Below, piece after piece: positions 1 to 12,151 of a stretch of 64,000 nt of DNA. The DNA comes from Selaginella moellendorffii (taxonomy: Eukaryota > Plantae > Lycopodiophyta): the NCBI RefSeq assembly GCF_000143415.4, contig NW_003314408.1, forward strand, positions 110,934 through 174,933. Direction: 5' to 3'. The notes under the pieces are model-generated. The model saw only the letters and a program-made list of their open reading frames with translations, searched no databases and was not told the DNA's origin. A program made the position numbers and the translations under genes. Within the stretch, counting starts at the first letter, position 1; each line of letters starts with the position of its first letter.

Positions 1-2217
1 TTAATCCCCTCATCTGGCTCTGAAAGCAATGGACACTTAAAACGGAGGCAACAAGCTGTTTGTCTGCAGCTGCTGCTACGTCTGCCCAGCTCTGCTATCT
101 ATGCCATAACTACACTTCCCGCAACTCAACAGGTTTGAATTCCTCTCTTCCTTTCCTTTCTTTTTCCATTGTGTTATATCCCGCCCTGGCTGAGGAGAGC
201 TTTATGTTGCTGCAGGGGTTGCTGTCACCAAATTCCAGCAGTCGGCGCACGGCAATTCCCATCACAGTGAACAGATTGCTCTAGAGCGTGGGATGGCAAG
301 CAAAGCGGAAGAAAGAAAAGAGAAAAATATGCAAGGATATAAATGTTGGAGCGAGGCCGTCGGTCAGGCAGGCCAGCGAGATTAGCGACACGGCTAACAA
401 GACGAAGGGGAGGATGAACCGAACTTACAAATGCCAAAGCTTGATGCAACAAATGGCGAAGGAAAGAGATTGAAGGGATGGATGGATCATGGATGGACGG
501 CAAGCGCACAGGAGCAGGAGCATTCAACTTGAGCTGCCAAAGATGTGACTCCTTCTGTCCGTAAGCCATTTACATTTTACTCTATTCTTGGTGGTCACTC
601 ACTCGCTCTCTACTGCAGTCCTATTCAACTCCTCTCCATCGTCGTGACTCGCTATCGTCGCCCGTGGTTTCTGGTAAGTGGTGGGAATTAGCGGGACTGG
701 AAACCATAGAAACCAAGGCATGGTTTCTTTCCGGGATTAGAGTGGATGGCATTACTAATATTCGTTTTCTTGTCTCTTCCTTCTTCCAGGGACGAGACGA
801 AGCTCCTTCATTCAACGCTATATATTACGCTACAGTGCTTGGATGGCAGACAAGGAATTTGCCTTTAGCGATTTGGAAATGCTAAAGGCAATTCCAAATT
901 GAATGATTCTCACCTCAACAATTCCAATCATGGTCCGGAGACATAGCTGTGTTGTTCTTTCCAGGCCGCAGTGTGTACACGGAGGGTTGGCGTTCCGGCC
1001 AGCCACTGCACCGAAACGCTCCGCCAATCGCAGTACGAGAGCCATATAAGATGTTCTACACTACAGGTACGAGATTGCTTTAGATCTGGTGTCTCCATGC
1101 AAGCTAACTCGGGATTTCTATACAAGAAACAAACACAGTGTTCTACGCTACAGGGACAAGATTGTTTTAAATGTGCTAGCTAACTTGTATTGGAAAACTA
1201 GATCGAAACACCGTGTTGCTGGGATCCATACACGAAAAGAAAGATGATAGACAGCCTACTAGCATCACGATGGCCACGCCAACCCGAAAACAAATCCTCC
1301 CGCACAGATACGGTGGCATCACATTTTTCAGGTACTGTTTTAAAATGTTTTCTCTTGATCTCTTTCTTTCGTGATCAGCTAAAAAAATCGGTTTTTTTCT
1401 TGCTTGCTGGAGAATGGCAAAGCTCTTCTGGGGCCTTCGTAGCTTAGGGAGCTATCTACCAGTGGTGGTTATGCTGGTCTTTTCGTCACCAGCAGCATTT
1501 ACGCTTCCATCTTGACAAGACAAGAGCGCAAGAACAAAAAGGAAAAAAAAATGGTAGACCTCGCAAGAACAGGGGCCTCCTGGCAAGAGACTTCGCACAG
1601 GCAGCCTTCCTTAAATGTATCGCTACGGTCGACCGCTGTGAAGTACGCCGGGATTTATCTTTCTCTCCTTGGGGACTCTGGTTTTGAGGAAGATTTCCAC
1701 CGGCCTCAGGAACGAGTAAGAATCAACGTCCTGTTCTTTTCAGAGGCGAAAAATCTTTCCGGAGGCAAAAGGAGGCGCTTGGAAGTAAGTGGCTTTAAGT
1801 CGAGCGCCGTGGCGATGGTAGCCTTCTTTCTAAGCCGGAGTGGCAGGGACGCGTTTATGTTTCCTGCAAATCCAGGAGCTCGAGTGTTATGTATTTCCCG
1901 TGTGATTTACAAAGTTGTTAACGTTTTCCTTTCTTGTACGCTCTCGACCATAATCATCTTTGTAGGACGATGAATCTCATTCTCCTAGACAACGCGAGAC
2001 AAGGGAAATCCAGAGTTAAAAGCGACAGTCCACCGGCAAAAAGAGAACATCGAAGAATCTCTGGCGGAAACTTTGACCCTCCTTTGGAACGTTGCAATGT
2101 TGCGATAGAATTTTGGATCCGTCAAGAGTTCTTCCAATTGGAAGCGCTTGACCAAAGAACATATATGTATAACATATTCACAGATAAAACAAGGAGGCCT
2201 TACCAAAGTAGCGAACG

Positions 2218-5200
2218 TCACTCGCTCCAATCGTCTTCCTCGTCTTCACTGTCCGCGAGAGACTGCAAGAGATTAACCATGATTTGAGAACCTCTCCAGT
2301 GAAAACAAGAGCAAACCGTAGAAAGAGTACCTGTCTGATCGCGTTTGCTTTCTCCAGGATGGCAGCCACGTTAATGTTTGTGACAAGACGCGGGGTCGTC
2401 TCCTTGATTTCCTTCTTCTCTACGATCGTGTGCCGGAGGTTGAAGGACTGTGAAACATGCAGACGAGCGACTTGTAGCTCAGCAAACAAACAACGAGATA
2501 GCAGAAGAAAAGAATAGAAAACAGAGAAAGTTCAAGTGCAATCATGTTTACCTGGGAACGGATTTGCTCCAGCAAAACTTCCCGTTCGTCAGGAGCTTTT
2601 GGCACACCCGGGACGTCCGACGGCACCCTCTTGAGCTGTGACATATAGCAAACCATCAGCATAGGTACGACGCTTCCCGTGATTGCACGTTACCTTGGTC
2701 CTGTCATGCACGGAGATTGCTTGTATCAGAGCATCACCCGGCAAATCTTTCCTGGAGGGTGATGGCGCATCAGCTGGAAAAGTTTCTGGCTCCTCGTCCA
2801 GATTGCCTCGTGGTGGTGGGGGTGTCGGGCTGTCATCGACAGGACGAGATGGAGGTGACTTCAAAACCTCTGGTGGATCCACCGACTGCTCTCCTACTGG
2901 ATGTAGCACGAGTGCCTCTGGCGAGTCCTTTGACGCCGTGAACGACTCCGGGCTCTGTAATGGTATGGATACTTCTGTTCTTACAGGCGACTGAGGTTGA
3001 GTTTGAGCAGCTTGAACTGGCGAGGATGCGTCTGGGAACTCCTTTGTCGGGGACGGGCTACGAGGTGGCACGGACACTTCTCGCACGTCGTCTATAGTTC
3101 CTGGTGACGAAGGAGCTCGTGGAGATTCTTTAGCATCTGTAGGCCAGTGGGTTTGAGGTGGCACGGATACTTCTTGCAAGTCGTCGATAGTTCCTGGCGA
3201 CCAAGGAGCTTGTGGAGAATCTCTAGCAGCTGTAGGCGAGTGACTGAGAGGTGGCACGGACACTTCTCGCAAGTCGTCGATAGTTCCTGGCGAGTGGCTT
3301 TGAGGTGGCACAGACGCTTCCCGCAAGTCGTCTATAGTTCCTGGCGACCAAGGAGCTTGTGGAGAATCTCTAGCAGCTGTAGGCGAGTGACTGAGAGGTG
3401 GCACGGACACTTCTCGCAAGTCGTCGATAGTTCCTGGCGAGTGGCTTTGAGGTGGCACAGACGCTTCCCGCAAGTCGTCAAAAGTTCTTGGTGACGAAGG
3501 AGCTTGTGGAGATTCGCTAGCATCTGTAGGCGAGTGACCTTGAGGTGGCAGCGATGATTCTGGCAGGCCGCGAGCTTCTGCCACAGGTCCTGGACCGGGG
3601 AGCTGTTCCGTGAGCGGTGAAGCGGGAGCGAACACCGAAACTTCCATAAGCGGTTGACTGTCGTCGAGATGTGACAAATCTTCTCTGGCTGATGCAATTG
3701 TAGGCACCTCATTGTCTTCGGCTGGAGGTGGCACCAAGGATTCGTGCACTGTTGCATCGGGACAAGTTTTGTCATCCGGATGAGACAAGCCAGTTGCTGC
3801 GAGCGACTGGCTGTCGTCAACGAGTAGCGCTGGAGGTACGTCAGCCACCGTCAACGGGACAGTCCTAGGAGATGTTTCTGGATCACTCGGCTCTTGCGAT
3901 TCAGCCTCTTCCCGAAACTCATCCATTGTAGACACAGGAATGGCATCAGCTGGATCGTCGTTTGAAATATTTTTGTTGGCCAAGCTTTGCGAGCTTGGAT
4001 GTTGTTCCAAACTGTCCACGTCGATTGACCGTGACAAGAAGCTGGAAGGTTGTGAAGGTGGCTCCGGATCCGGCAAGTGTAAATCTGGAAGTGGCTTGTC
4101 GACTAACGTTTCTGGCTGTGAGGAAATCCTGTCGATGGTATCCTCCAGTGGCTGAGGCTCCGGCGAGTCTACAGCTTGGAATGGAGAAGTCTCTGACGCC
4201 ACCAATACTTGTGGAGGAGGCTCATGCGCTGAAGCGAGATGATCACCAGCGCCAACTTCCAAGCTTGGAGGCTCGCGTTGGAATAGTCCGCTGTCCCTTG
4301 GCATGAACAACGAAGTCCGCCACCTTAGTGGAGGCAGTGGAGGTAGCGGTGGCATTTCTTCCGGCATTGGAGACGGCATCGACTGGGACGTTGGAGAACT
4401 CGGCGCCAGTATCGTTGCAACTTCGCTTTCAAGGCTGTCTGCCGATTTAGCGGGTGACAGGACGCCGAAAACTGGAGACCTTGGGGAGGAGCTCAAAGAT
4501 TCCTCCGACTTGTCAGACGTGTTGTCTTCCGCTGCCCATATAGCATCACCATCGCTCTTTGAGGTGTCAAAAGCTTGCAACTTCGGAGAGGCTTGTTGAC
4601 TTGTGGGACGTTCGATTTCCTCCAGCTGACGACTGCTGGAAATAGTGCTTTCAGCGTGTTGTTGATGCTCTTCCACGTCTTGCTTATCCATTTGGCGATC
4701 GAGATCCACCTCGTTGTCGTCATCGGAGTCCACCTTATGATTGCCGATTTCGTTTCCTTGCGCTTTACTATCCGAGGGAAGACTGTGTACCAGTTCGTCC
4801 TCGTGTTGTTGCGCACTTAAATCGTGAAGTCGAGATAAAAGCTGCTGGTTTACGTCCACCGTGGAACCTTCACGTTCATCTGACTCTTTCCCATCTTTGC
4901 TGAGATCTCTTTCTGCCTCGTTCTGTTGTTGAATTTCCAGCTTTCCATCTCCACTTGGAGCAGTAGACCCCGCAGGTGTCCAATGTAGTTCCGATGCTGC
5001 TTCTGAATGACCATTTCTCATTGAGTCGTCATCTGCCGAGTACCCATCGTGCATGGAGTAAAGTTCCTCGACCTCCAATTCATTATTGGGGGTGTTGTTC
5101 TCGTCGGAAAACGCACTGAACCTGGATGAGATTTCCTCGCTGAAAAAGTTTTCCTGGCTGCTTGCAGACTCGAAAACATCCATGGGACTGCTCGCTTGCA

Positions 5201-7747
5201 AGCTTTCGTTTCGTTCAAGGGCGGGAGCTGCTTTTGTTTGAACGTTTTCCAAACCGATGATATGCTGCTCAGGTTCATCCTCTTGGATAGCATTACTATC
5301 ACGACTGTGCCCTGAAACCGCCTGCTCTGCCACCTCTGTCGCACGGTAAACCTCGGCTGATTCCTCTCTCGAAATTTCAGCTTCTCTAACCAGAAAACTA
5401 GCTGATTCTTCCCGAGTCACTGTTTCAGTCTGGCGCGGAGCATCAGAAGTATCAGCAATTTCATGAACGTTGGCTTTGGTTTCAGATAGACGTTCTTCAT
5501 GATCGTCTGCTTCGTCTTCTCTTTTCTCGTTGTCTTCAATGGTTCCCTCGTCATCAGATGCAAGCAATGGCTCGAATTCAACTTCCTTCTTTGTGTCCCC
5601 ATTATCTCCAATGACTTGAATAACTTCGACATCGAACGGTTCCTCGTCTTCCAGCTCCGAGGTAATCTTCTGCTCTTCAGTTTCTTCAGCCTTCTGCTTG
5701 TCCACTTCTGCGTCAGAAATTTCTGTGGACTCGAGAGCAGCTCCTTCGTCGTCAGGGCTCTCTTCGATGTAGTCCTTGTCCGATGCCAAAGCTGCTTCAT
5801 CCACTATATCATCACGTTCATTCACGTCTCTTTCGTTGCTGGTACGAGATGCCGCTTTCGCCGGTGAGGTTGCTCTGTTTACATCTTCGACAACGCCAGA
5901 GCTATCCTGATGAAGCTCAAGTAGCTTCTTTTCTTCATTTTCCAATTCCAAGACGTCGTTCATATATGTGGTTCTTGATTCAACTTCAAAATCCTCCTCC
6001 TCTGGATATTCCAGCCTGTTCTCATCCTCAGGTGGCAGATCTTTCTCTGGATACTCCCCTTCATCGTCCGTCAAATCTCTGTCTTCATATTCCAGCCTCA
6101 AGTCTTCAGAAATGTTTGGATGGTCGGGTACTTCATCTGGCCTATCAACATCCACCTTCGCATCGTTTTCTACGTTCATTACTTCGTAACTTAGTTGAAC
6201 GTTCTCGTGATGAACAGGAGATCGAGGCTCTACTGAAATCGGTGTTAAGTCGAGGCTGTACTTGGACTCAGCTTCTGTCTCTGAATCGATTGCCAAGTTT
6301 CTAGCATCTTCGAAAGGAGCGTCTTCGTCATTCTCTGCCTTCTTAGTTCTCACCACCTTGGATTGTCTAAAATTTGAAAGCCTCCGCTTCTCTCTTGGTT
6401 CAGAATCTGTCTCGGATTCCATGGTCGTCATGGCATCCAAAAATTGCTCTGTGTCACTTGCAGCATCATCGACTTTTTCTTCCTTCCTCGTCGCAGTATC
6501 TCCCTCTATTGTCTTGCTGCTGCTCTCTTTAAAGATCCGATCTTCTTCCTCTTTATCCGCCGCAGCCACAGGCTTTGATACTGATTTTCTTACTGACATG
6601 GGGGACTTGCCGCTTAGGCTGACTGTGCTTTCCTTCGAGCTCTGCTGTGATCCGCCCAGAAAAGTGACAAATGGAAACGGCTTGCTGGATGGGTCGCTCT
6701 CTACGGCCATGTTCGTCAAGGGAGTGGTGGCGCTTTCAGATAGGCCATCGACACTAGAGACGCTTATAGTTGAGTATCGCGCCCTGTTAAATACCATGTT
6801 AAAATTCTCATAGATCGAAGATGAAGGCGAGATACCTCGGGTGCTGAAACTGGACAGGGGGAGGCCTCGAGTCTTTTACCTCCCCTTCCTTCCGACGTCG
6901 AGGTTTCTTCACATGCAAACGCAAAAATGTTTCAAAACTTCGAGATTTCCATAAAATACTTACTTTGCTTCTTCGAGCTTTTTTGTCTTGTTGTGCCTTC
7001 TCCGCTTTCATAATTTCGGAGCTCGCCCATTCCATCTTAAAAAACGATGGATCCGTGTACCGCTTCAGGCAAGCTCCAACACCACCGACATCAAACCTGG
7101 AAGACGAAGAAGAGATCGTGCGTCAAATTCTAACTTATACCGAGTCACGAAGTCTAGATCTGATTTGCATACTTGTCCAAGAGAAAAAGCCTCGGAGGAC
7201 CCCGACATTCCTCGTAAGAACTCCTGATAAAGCGAGGCAAGTCGCCTTGCGTGCAAAGGTTTTGATCGTTTCGAATGCTTGCATGCCAGTCAAGACCTGC
7301 CAATCCAATCCAGTTTCCACCTTTCGAGCTATAGAAAACAAAAGGAGAGAACTCGGGAGTACCTGGAGCGTAAGGAAACTGGAGAGGATTCGTCTTTCTA
7401 GATAGTATAGCCTTCTCCAACGCAGGCAATTCTCCTTCCAGCTGACTAACACGCACGACGAGGTCATGGCTCCTGGAAGCAGTCGTCATGACGGCTTCAT
7501 GGAGCTCGTGGAACACATCCGCCGCAAACCTGGAGAGAAAATTCACAAAAAAAGTGGTCAGTCCGAGAAGAGCCGAGAGAAAGAACTCTTACTCTGCTAG
7601 ATCTCCAAGTTGCCTCACAATGCCGACGAGGCTGACCATGGAGACGCCCTCGAGGATCGCCTCCGGGTCATTTTTCGGTGCCGACCTGTAGAGCTCTCGA
7701 TTGGCGAGCTCATACTCACTACGGAGCTCATATCTCACTAGCGGCAT
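2218..7747 (-). CDS. SCAR: SCAR/WAVE family ARP2/3 activator (multi-exon)
   Basis: Exon 1 from ATG at 7747 reads [52 protein letters not shown], then [23 protein letters not shown]...[23 protein letters not shown] (SCAR homology domain). A large acidic/Pro-rich exon ([12 protein letters not shown]) follows. The C-terminal VCA region reads LLEQIRSQ|SFNLR...[16 protein letters not shown]|[14 protein letters not shown] (TGA 2218-2220). Confidence 0.95.
3070..3550 (-). repeat. Coding tandem repeat in SCAR, 147-bp (49-aa) higher-order unit
   Basis: tcgtc(g/t)atagttcctggcgaccaaggagct occurs at 3181 and 3328 (period 147). Peptide unit: [31 protein letters not shown] + [18 protein letters not shown]. 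Confidence 0.9.
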
Positions 7748-8540
7748 CGTCTACACCAGCAGCAGCCTCATCAAGATCTATCCCACCGAAATTTCCACCT
7801 GAAAGATTCCAATGCGCTGCCGCGCTGCCGCTCACTGGCCAATTCTCGCCAGCTCCAATGCAGCGCTCGCTGTCGCCGACCAGAGTCAGCACCCGTGACG
7901 AAAACCTGCACGGACTAGGGCCACTGGAGCGGGCAAAGACGAATTACCGGAAGAGCGCGGCCTGGAATCCACATTTTTCCGCAGCGATCCGGCGAATTGA
8001 GGCAGCCGCGGTCGAAATCCATGATCTCTCCAGCGCCTTCTTGAGAGATCGCGCAAGAACTGACGTTCCATGGCGAGAGAAAGACAGAGAGAGATGACAC
8101 ACAGCTGGAGTTAGCTGAAAACCCCCCCACAGTAGGAAGACGGGACGGAATATCCCACGCATGCCGCTAGCAGCCCTAGAATCGACGGCGCAGCGTCGCT
8201 GATCGTACGTCAGTCGCGTCAGCTTTTACAAAACAAAACCGCAGAGAATATTCCAAACGTACCAGGAAAACTTAGTACGGAGGAGACTATGATCAAGAAC
8301 ATACACTATTGCCTCGATGGCGACTACCACTGTATGATTGCCAGTCACTAAAAAAATTATACAATACAACCTTGCGAGCGTTCGAAGAAAAAATCTCTCT
8401 AGCCATGCGAGTAGGATTGTGACGTCCATCGGTTGGTTTTATAGCCAAAGAGAGTTTAGAGATCGATCTTTCCTTCCAGCACAGTGTGTTCTTCGCTTAG
8501 AAATCGATCAATCTTTTGGAAGAAAACTCCGGCTCCCGGC

Positions 8541-9770
8541 TTACGATCCAAACGAGCTCCTCCGGACGAGCAAGCAAGTCATGGTTGTGGAGTGTCCCAC
8601 GACCCCGGAGAGCGTGCACAGCACGTAGTCGGGCTTGTGGAACGTCAAGTTGAGCTGATCGTCGCAAAGCCGGAGATTCGACGCGTCGAGCAAGACGTGC
8701 CAGGAGTTCCTCTGCGCTTCCGAGACCCAGTGGAGCGAGTTCCTGGTGCCACCATTCTCCGCCGCCGGGAACGCGAACAATCCCTTCAAGTTTGGGCTCT
8801 GCTGCTTGCTCTTCCTCCGGAAGTTTTGGCTGAGCTGCGAGCCGGCTATCCTGAGGTTGAGCCAGTTCGATGGAGCGACGATCACCTTGGCCTCCTTGTA
8901 CGATGCAAACTCTCGGATCCAGTCCACCTCCTCGCTCAGCACCGTCATGAAGTTCATGTAGCGGCAAAACGGATAGCTCTCCCCGACCATCATCATGGAT
9001 TCCTTGAGGCTGGATGTGAAAACCACCAGGTAGTCCTCGTCCGTGACCCCGAGATGCCTGAGCAGCGTGTTCCTGGCGTGGATCTCCGGGATGGAGCTCA
9101 GGCTGTCGGTGTAAGTGGCGATGGAGGTGGCCTTTTGAGTGAGGATGTCTAGCAGCCGCGATTGCTCCAGAGGCATTTTTTTCACTCCCCATTCTTTTGC
9201 CTGGCCGGCGGAGGGAGATTTCCTCTTGAACTCGTCCGGGCCTGCTGCTCCTGGAGTGTTTCTGCCGTTCTCGTCAATGTACTCCTGATCTTCTGTCAAG
9301 ACTGGGAGATTTCTGGCGTCCCCGGCTTTCGCGAAAAACTCTGGATACCGGGCCTTTACATATTGCTCCACGTATTGCATCTCCGTGGGAGTGATCGGAC
9401 TTGACCACCTTAGATCCAGCCCGTGGAGAGAAGACATGGCTTCGGCGACCATGTAAGGTGGAATAACAAGCTGTAAAGGTTCAAAGAGTGAGAAAGAATT
9501 AAAAATTCCTCACTAGAACAAGAAAGATAGAAATGTCAACCAAGCAACTCAAGCACGAGAAATAAAGGCGGAAAAAGCACAGCATTGTCACTTGTCAAGT
9601 CACGAAGAACAAGAAACAATGATGGAATCGTGCGAAAAAGAAGCAAATCCACCATACAAATGCCCAAGCTGGGATTTTCTTCCAAGCACGAGAAGGAAAG
9701 CAAAGAAAATGGTCTCTAGATTTGCAAAATCGCTTACCTTGGGTTCTCCATCGCCCCCGCTTGTGGACAT
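8541..9770 (-). CDS. Plant PLP-dependent transferase-like / molybdenum cofactor sulfurase-like short protein
   Basis: ORF 8541-9452 has LHGLDLRWSSPITPTEMQYVEQYV, SIPEIHARN, YLVVFTSSLKESMMMVGESYPF, SLHWVSEAQRNSWHVLLDAS and FHKPDYVLC. A probable short first exon MSTSGGDGEPK (ATG 9770, donor GTAAGC) is spliced to LVIPPYMVAEA. Confidence 0.75.
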
Positions 9771-10097
9771 TTCCCAACCCTAGGCCGCAAACACTGTTGC
9801 TGGAAATTTTGCCCAGTTTTCTCGCCTCGATCGCGCTTGATGGCGCTCAATCCACCGATTCTAGCTACCTCAGACACCGATCCCGCAAGAAAATCGAGAT
9901 ATCTCCGCGATGGGATCTCTCTCTCGCGCTTCCAAGCCGCCAGGCCGCCTTGGCGCTGCCCAGATGAAGACAATGCCCGGAACACGTGGCACCTAGTCAT
10001 CCTTAAAGGAGAATCTTTTGTGCCGCGTGGCATCCACCTGTCCCTACGCGGCAAATTTTATTTTAAACCGACGGCGGCATCTCAACCGTCGATCTTT

Positions 10098-11713
10098 CTA
10101 TCTTAGACCGTTGATTCTCACGGCCTCCACGAACGCTTCCAGGTTCTTGTGGGAGCTCCCGCCCTCCATCACACACCGTCGTGCCGCCTCGCGGAGCTCC
10201 CTCGCCCTAATTCGCAGCTCCATGCCGTCCTCGCCGGTCATGAATCGTGTCACGACGCGCTCGATCTCTTCTCGCCCCACGATTGCATCGCCATCGCCAT
10301 CGTCATCGCCGCGCCGCTGGAGCTTGCATCCCACGCCCCAGTCCTTCACAGCGCGCTTGCAATTTAGGTTTTGCTCCGCGATGCAAGGTAGCCCGATGAT
10401 CGGCACGCCCATGGCGATGCTCTCGATCGTCGAATTCCAGCCGCAGTGGGACAGGAATCCGCCCACCGAGGGGTGGAAGAGCACCTGGAGCTGGGGCGCC
10501 CACTGCACGACGAGCCCTAGCTGTCGAGTCCTCTCCACGAAGCCCTCCAGATCGAAGCTCCCGAGATGGCTGCCGGGCCGGATCACCCACAGGAATGGCT
10601 GCCGGCTCGATTCGATCCCCGCGGCCAGCTCCAGCATCTCGGCGGAGCTCATCACCGCCAAGCTCCCGAAGGAGACGTAGAGGACTGACGAGGGGGATTG
10701 CTTGTCCAGCCAATTCACGCAGCGCTCGTCCTCGATCCACAGCCCATTCCCAGACCCCAGATCGTCGCCGCCCAGCCCCAGGAACGCCGATGGAAGCAGA
10801 GGACCCACTGGCGAGAAATTCCTCCTCTTCTTCTTCGCAGCGCTGGTGGGATCATCGTTGATCGCTTGCTGGATCGCGTCCAGCGCATCGGGCTCCAGAT
10901 CCTGGAAGGTGTTGCCGAGGATCCAGTACGCATCGCAGAGCCGCCGCGTCCTCGCGTAGCGCTTCTCAAACCCTGGATCGTGTGAACTGTAGCGCTGGAG
11001 AATAGACGGTAGGTCCTTGGGATGGAGCGGCGCTACGCCGTCGATAAAGGCGATCGTGTGGCTGTCATCGTCCAGCACCGACGCATCTGTCAAGAACAGA
11101 GCACAGCACACGGTCGATCGAATCCGACCAAATTCTCGCGAATCTCACCTCGAATTGGAGCGTACCCTCGCGTGCGGAGCTCCAGGAGATGGAAATTGAG
11201 CAGGCAGTACTCGGTGGACGACGCCCAGAGCGCCGCTCGCGGTATCCCAAATCGATCCGCGACGTCCTGGCTCCACCCCAGGAACGCATCCGAGAGGATG
11301 CAATCCACTCCCCGGCCGCGATCCAGCAGGCCCTGTAGCAGCGCCACGAACGGCCGCTCCATGGCGTCCGCCGCGACGAGCGATCGCTGGAGGGCGTCGT
11401 CGCCGCCGGCGCCAGCGCCCCCCTGGTGGGCGGATGGATCCTCCTCGTCGTCGGCCAGCGCGAGCATGGCGATGTCGAGCCCCTGCTCGAGCGCGGCGCC
11501 GCGCGATCGAGCGAGGCGGTCGTGGTTGGTCTGGGTGTTGACGAGCGAGATGGAGAGGCCCAGCGATGCCAAGCGCTTGCAGAGATGGATCATGGGATTG
11601 ATGTGGCCCTGCATTGGGTACGCGAGCGCCACGACGTGAGGCTTTCGCGATGGATCCTTTGCTCCTCGCGCGCCGCCGCCATCGTCTTCCTCCTCGCGAA
11701 GGATCGTCTCCAT
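10098..11713 (-). CDS. Family 1 UDP-glycosyltransferase (2 exons)
   Basis: N-terminal KPHVVALAYPMQGHINPM (catalytic His) and DCILSDAFLGW. PSPG box WAPQLQVLFHPSVGGFLSHCGWNSTIESIAMGVPIIGLPCIAEQ. Intron about 11087-11148. Confidence 0.95.
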
Positions 11714-12151
11714 TTCTCTGCCTGCGCGAGACAATCACCTGCTTGCGCCGCGACCCAAGTTATCGATTGCTGCCCCGGAGCGACCCATCTCCTCGGATTG
11801 CGCGAATTCGATCGTCCCCCCGCCGCGTTCCCTCCCGGGCGAGATCACAACAAGGAGCAGGGGTGAAAGTGGCACGCAGTAAACGCAAATGTGGAGGTGG
11901 CAGCCAGAGAGAGTACTTGGGAATCTGGGAATTATTCCAAACACATGAGTGGTCAAATGGATACACTTCCACGTTGCATTCGATTGATTGCAATATTCCA
12001 AAACTTCTTCTGTTTGGAAGTTAGAAAAAGAAACCAAAAATAACAAAAACCAAGAGAAAAAACACAAAGAGATCATAGAATGACCATCTTGATCTTGAGT
12101 TTTCCAACGAGCTTACACCAAAACAATCCATCCACAAACGATACAAACTCT

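Noticed and set aside
225-569. 114-aa - strand ORF as a gene start or uORF
   Set aside because: No recognisable homology, and splice signals on the opposite strand are at least as convincing.
520-570. tgagctgccaaagatg resembling miR167
   Set aside because: Only a partial match, and no fold-back arm was identified.
3070-3550. Repeat array as possible CRISPR
   Set aside because: In-frame coding repeat in a eukaryotic exon, with no unique spacers or cas genes.
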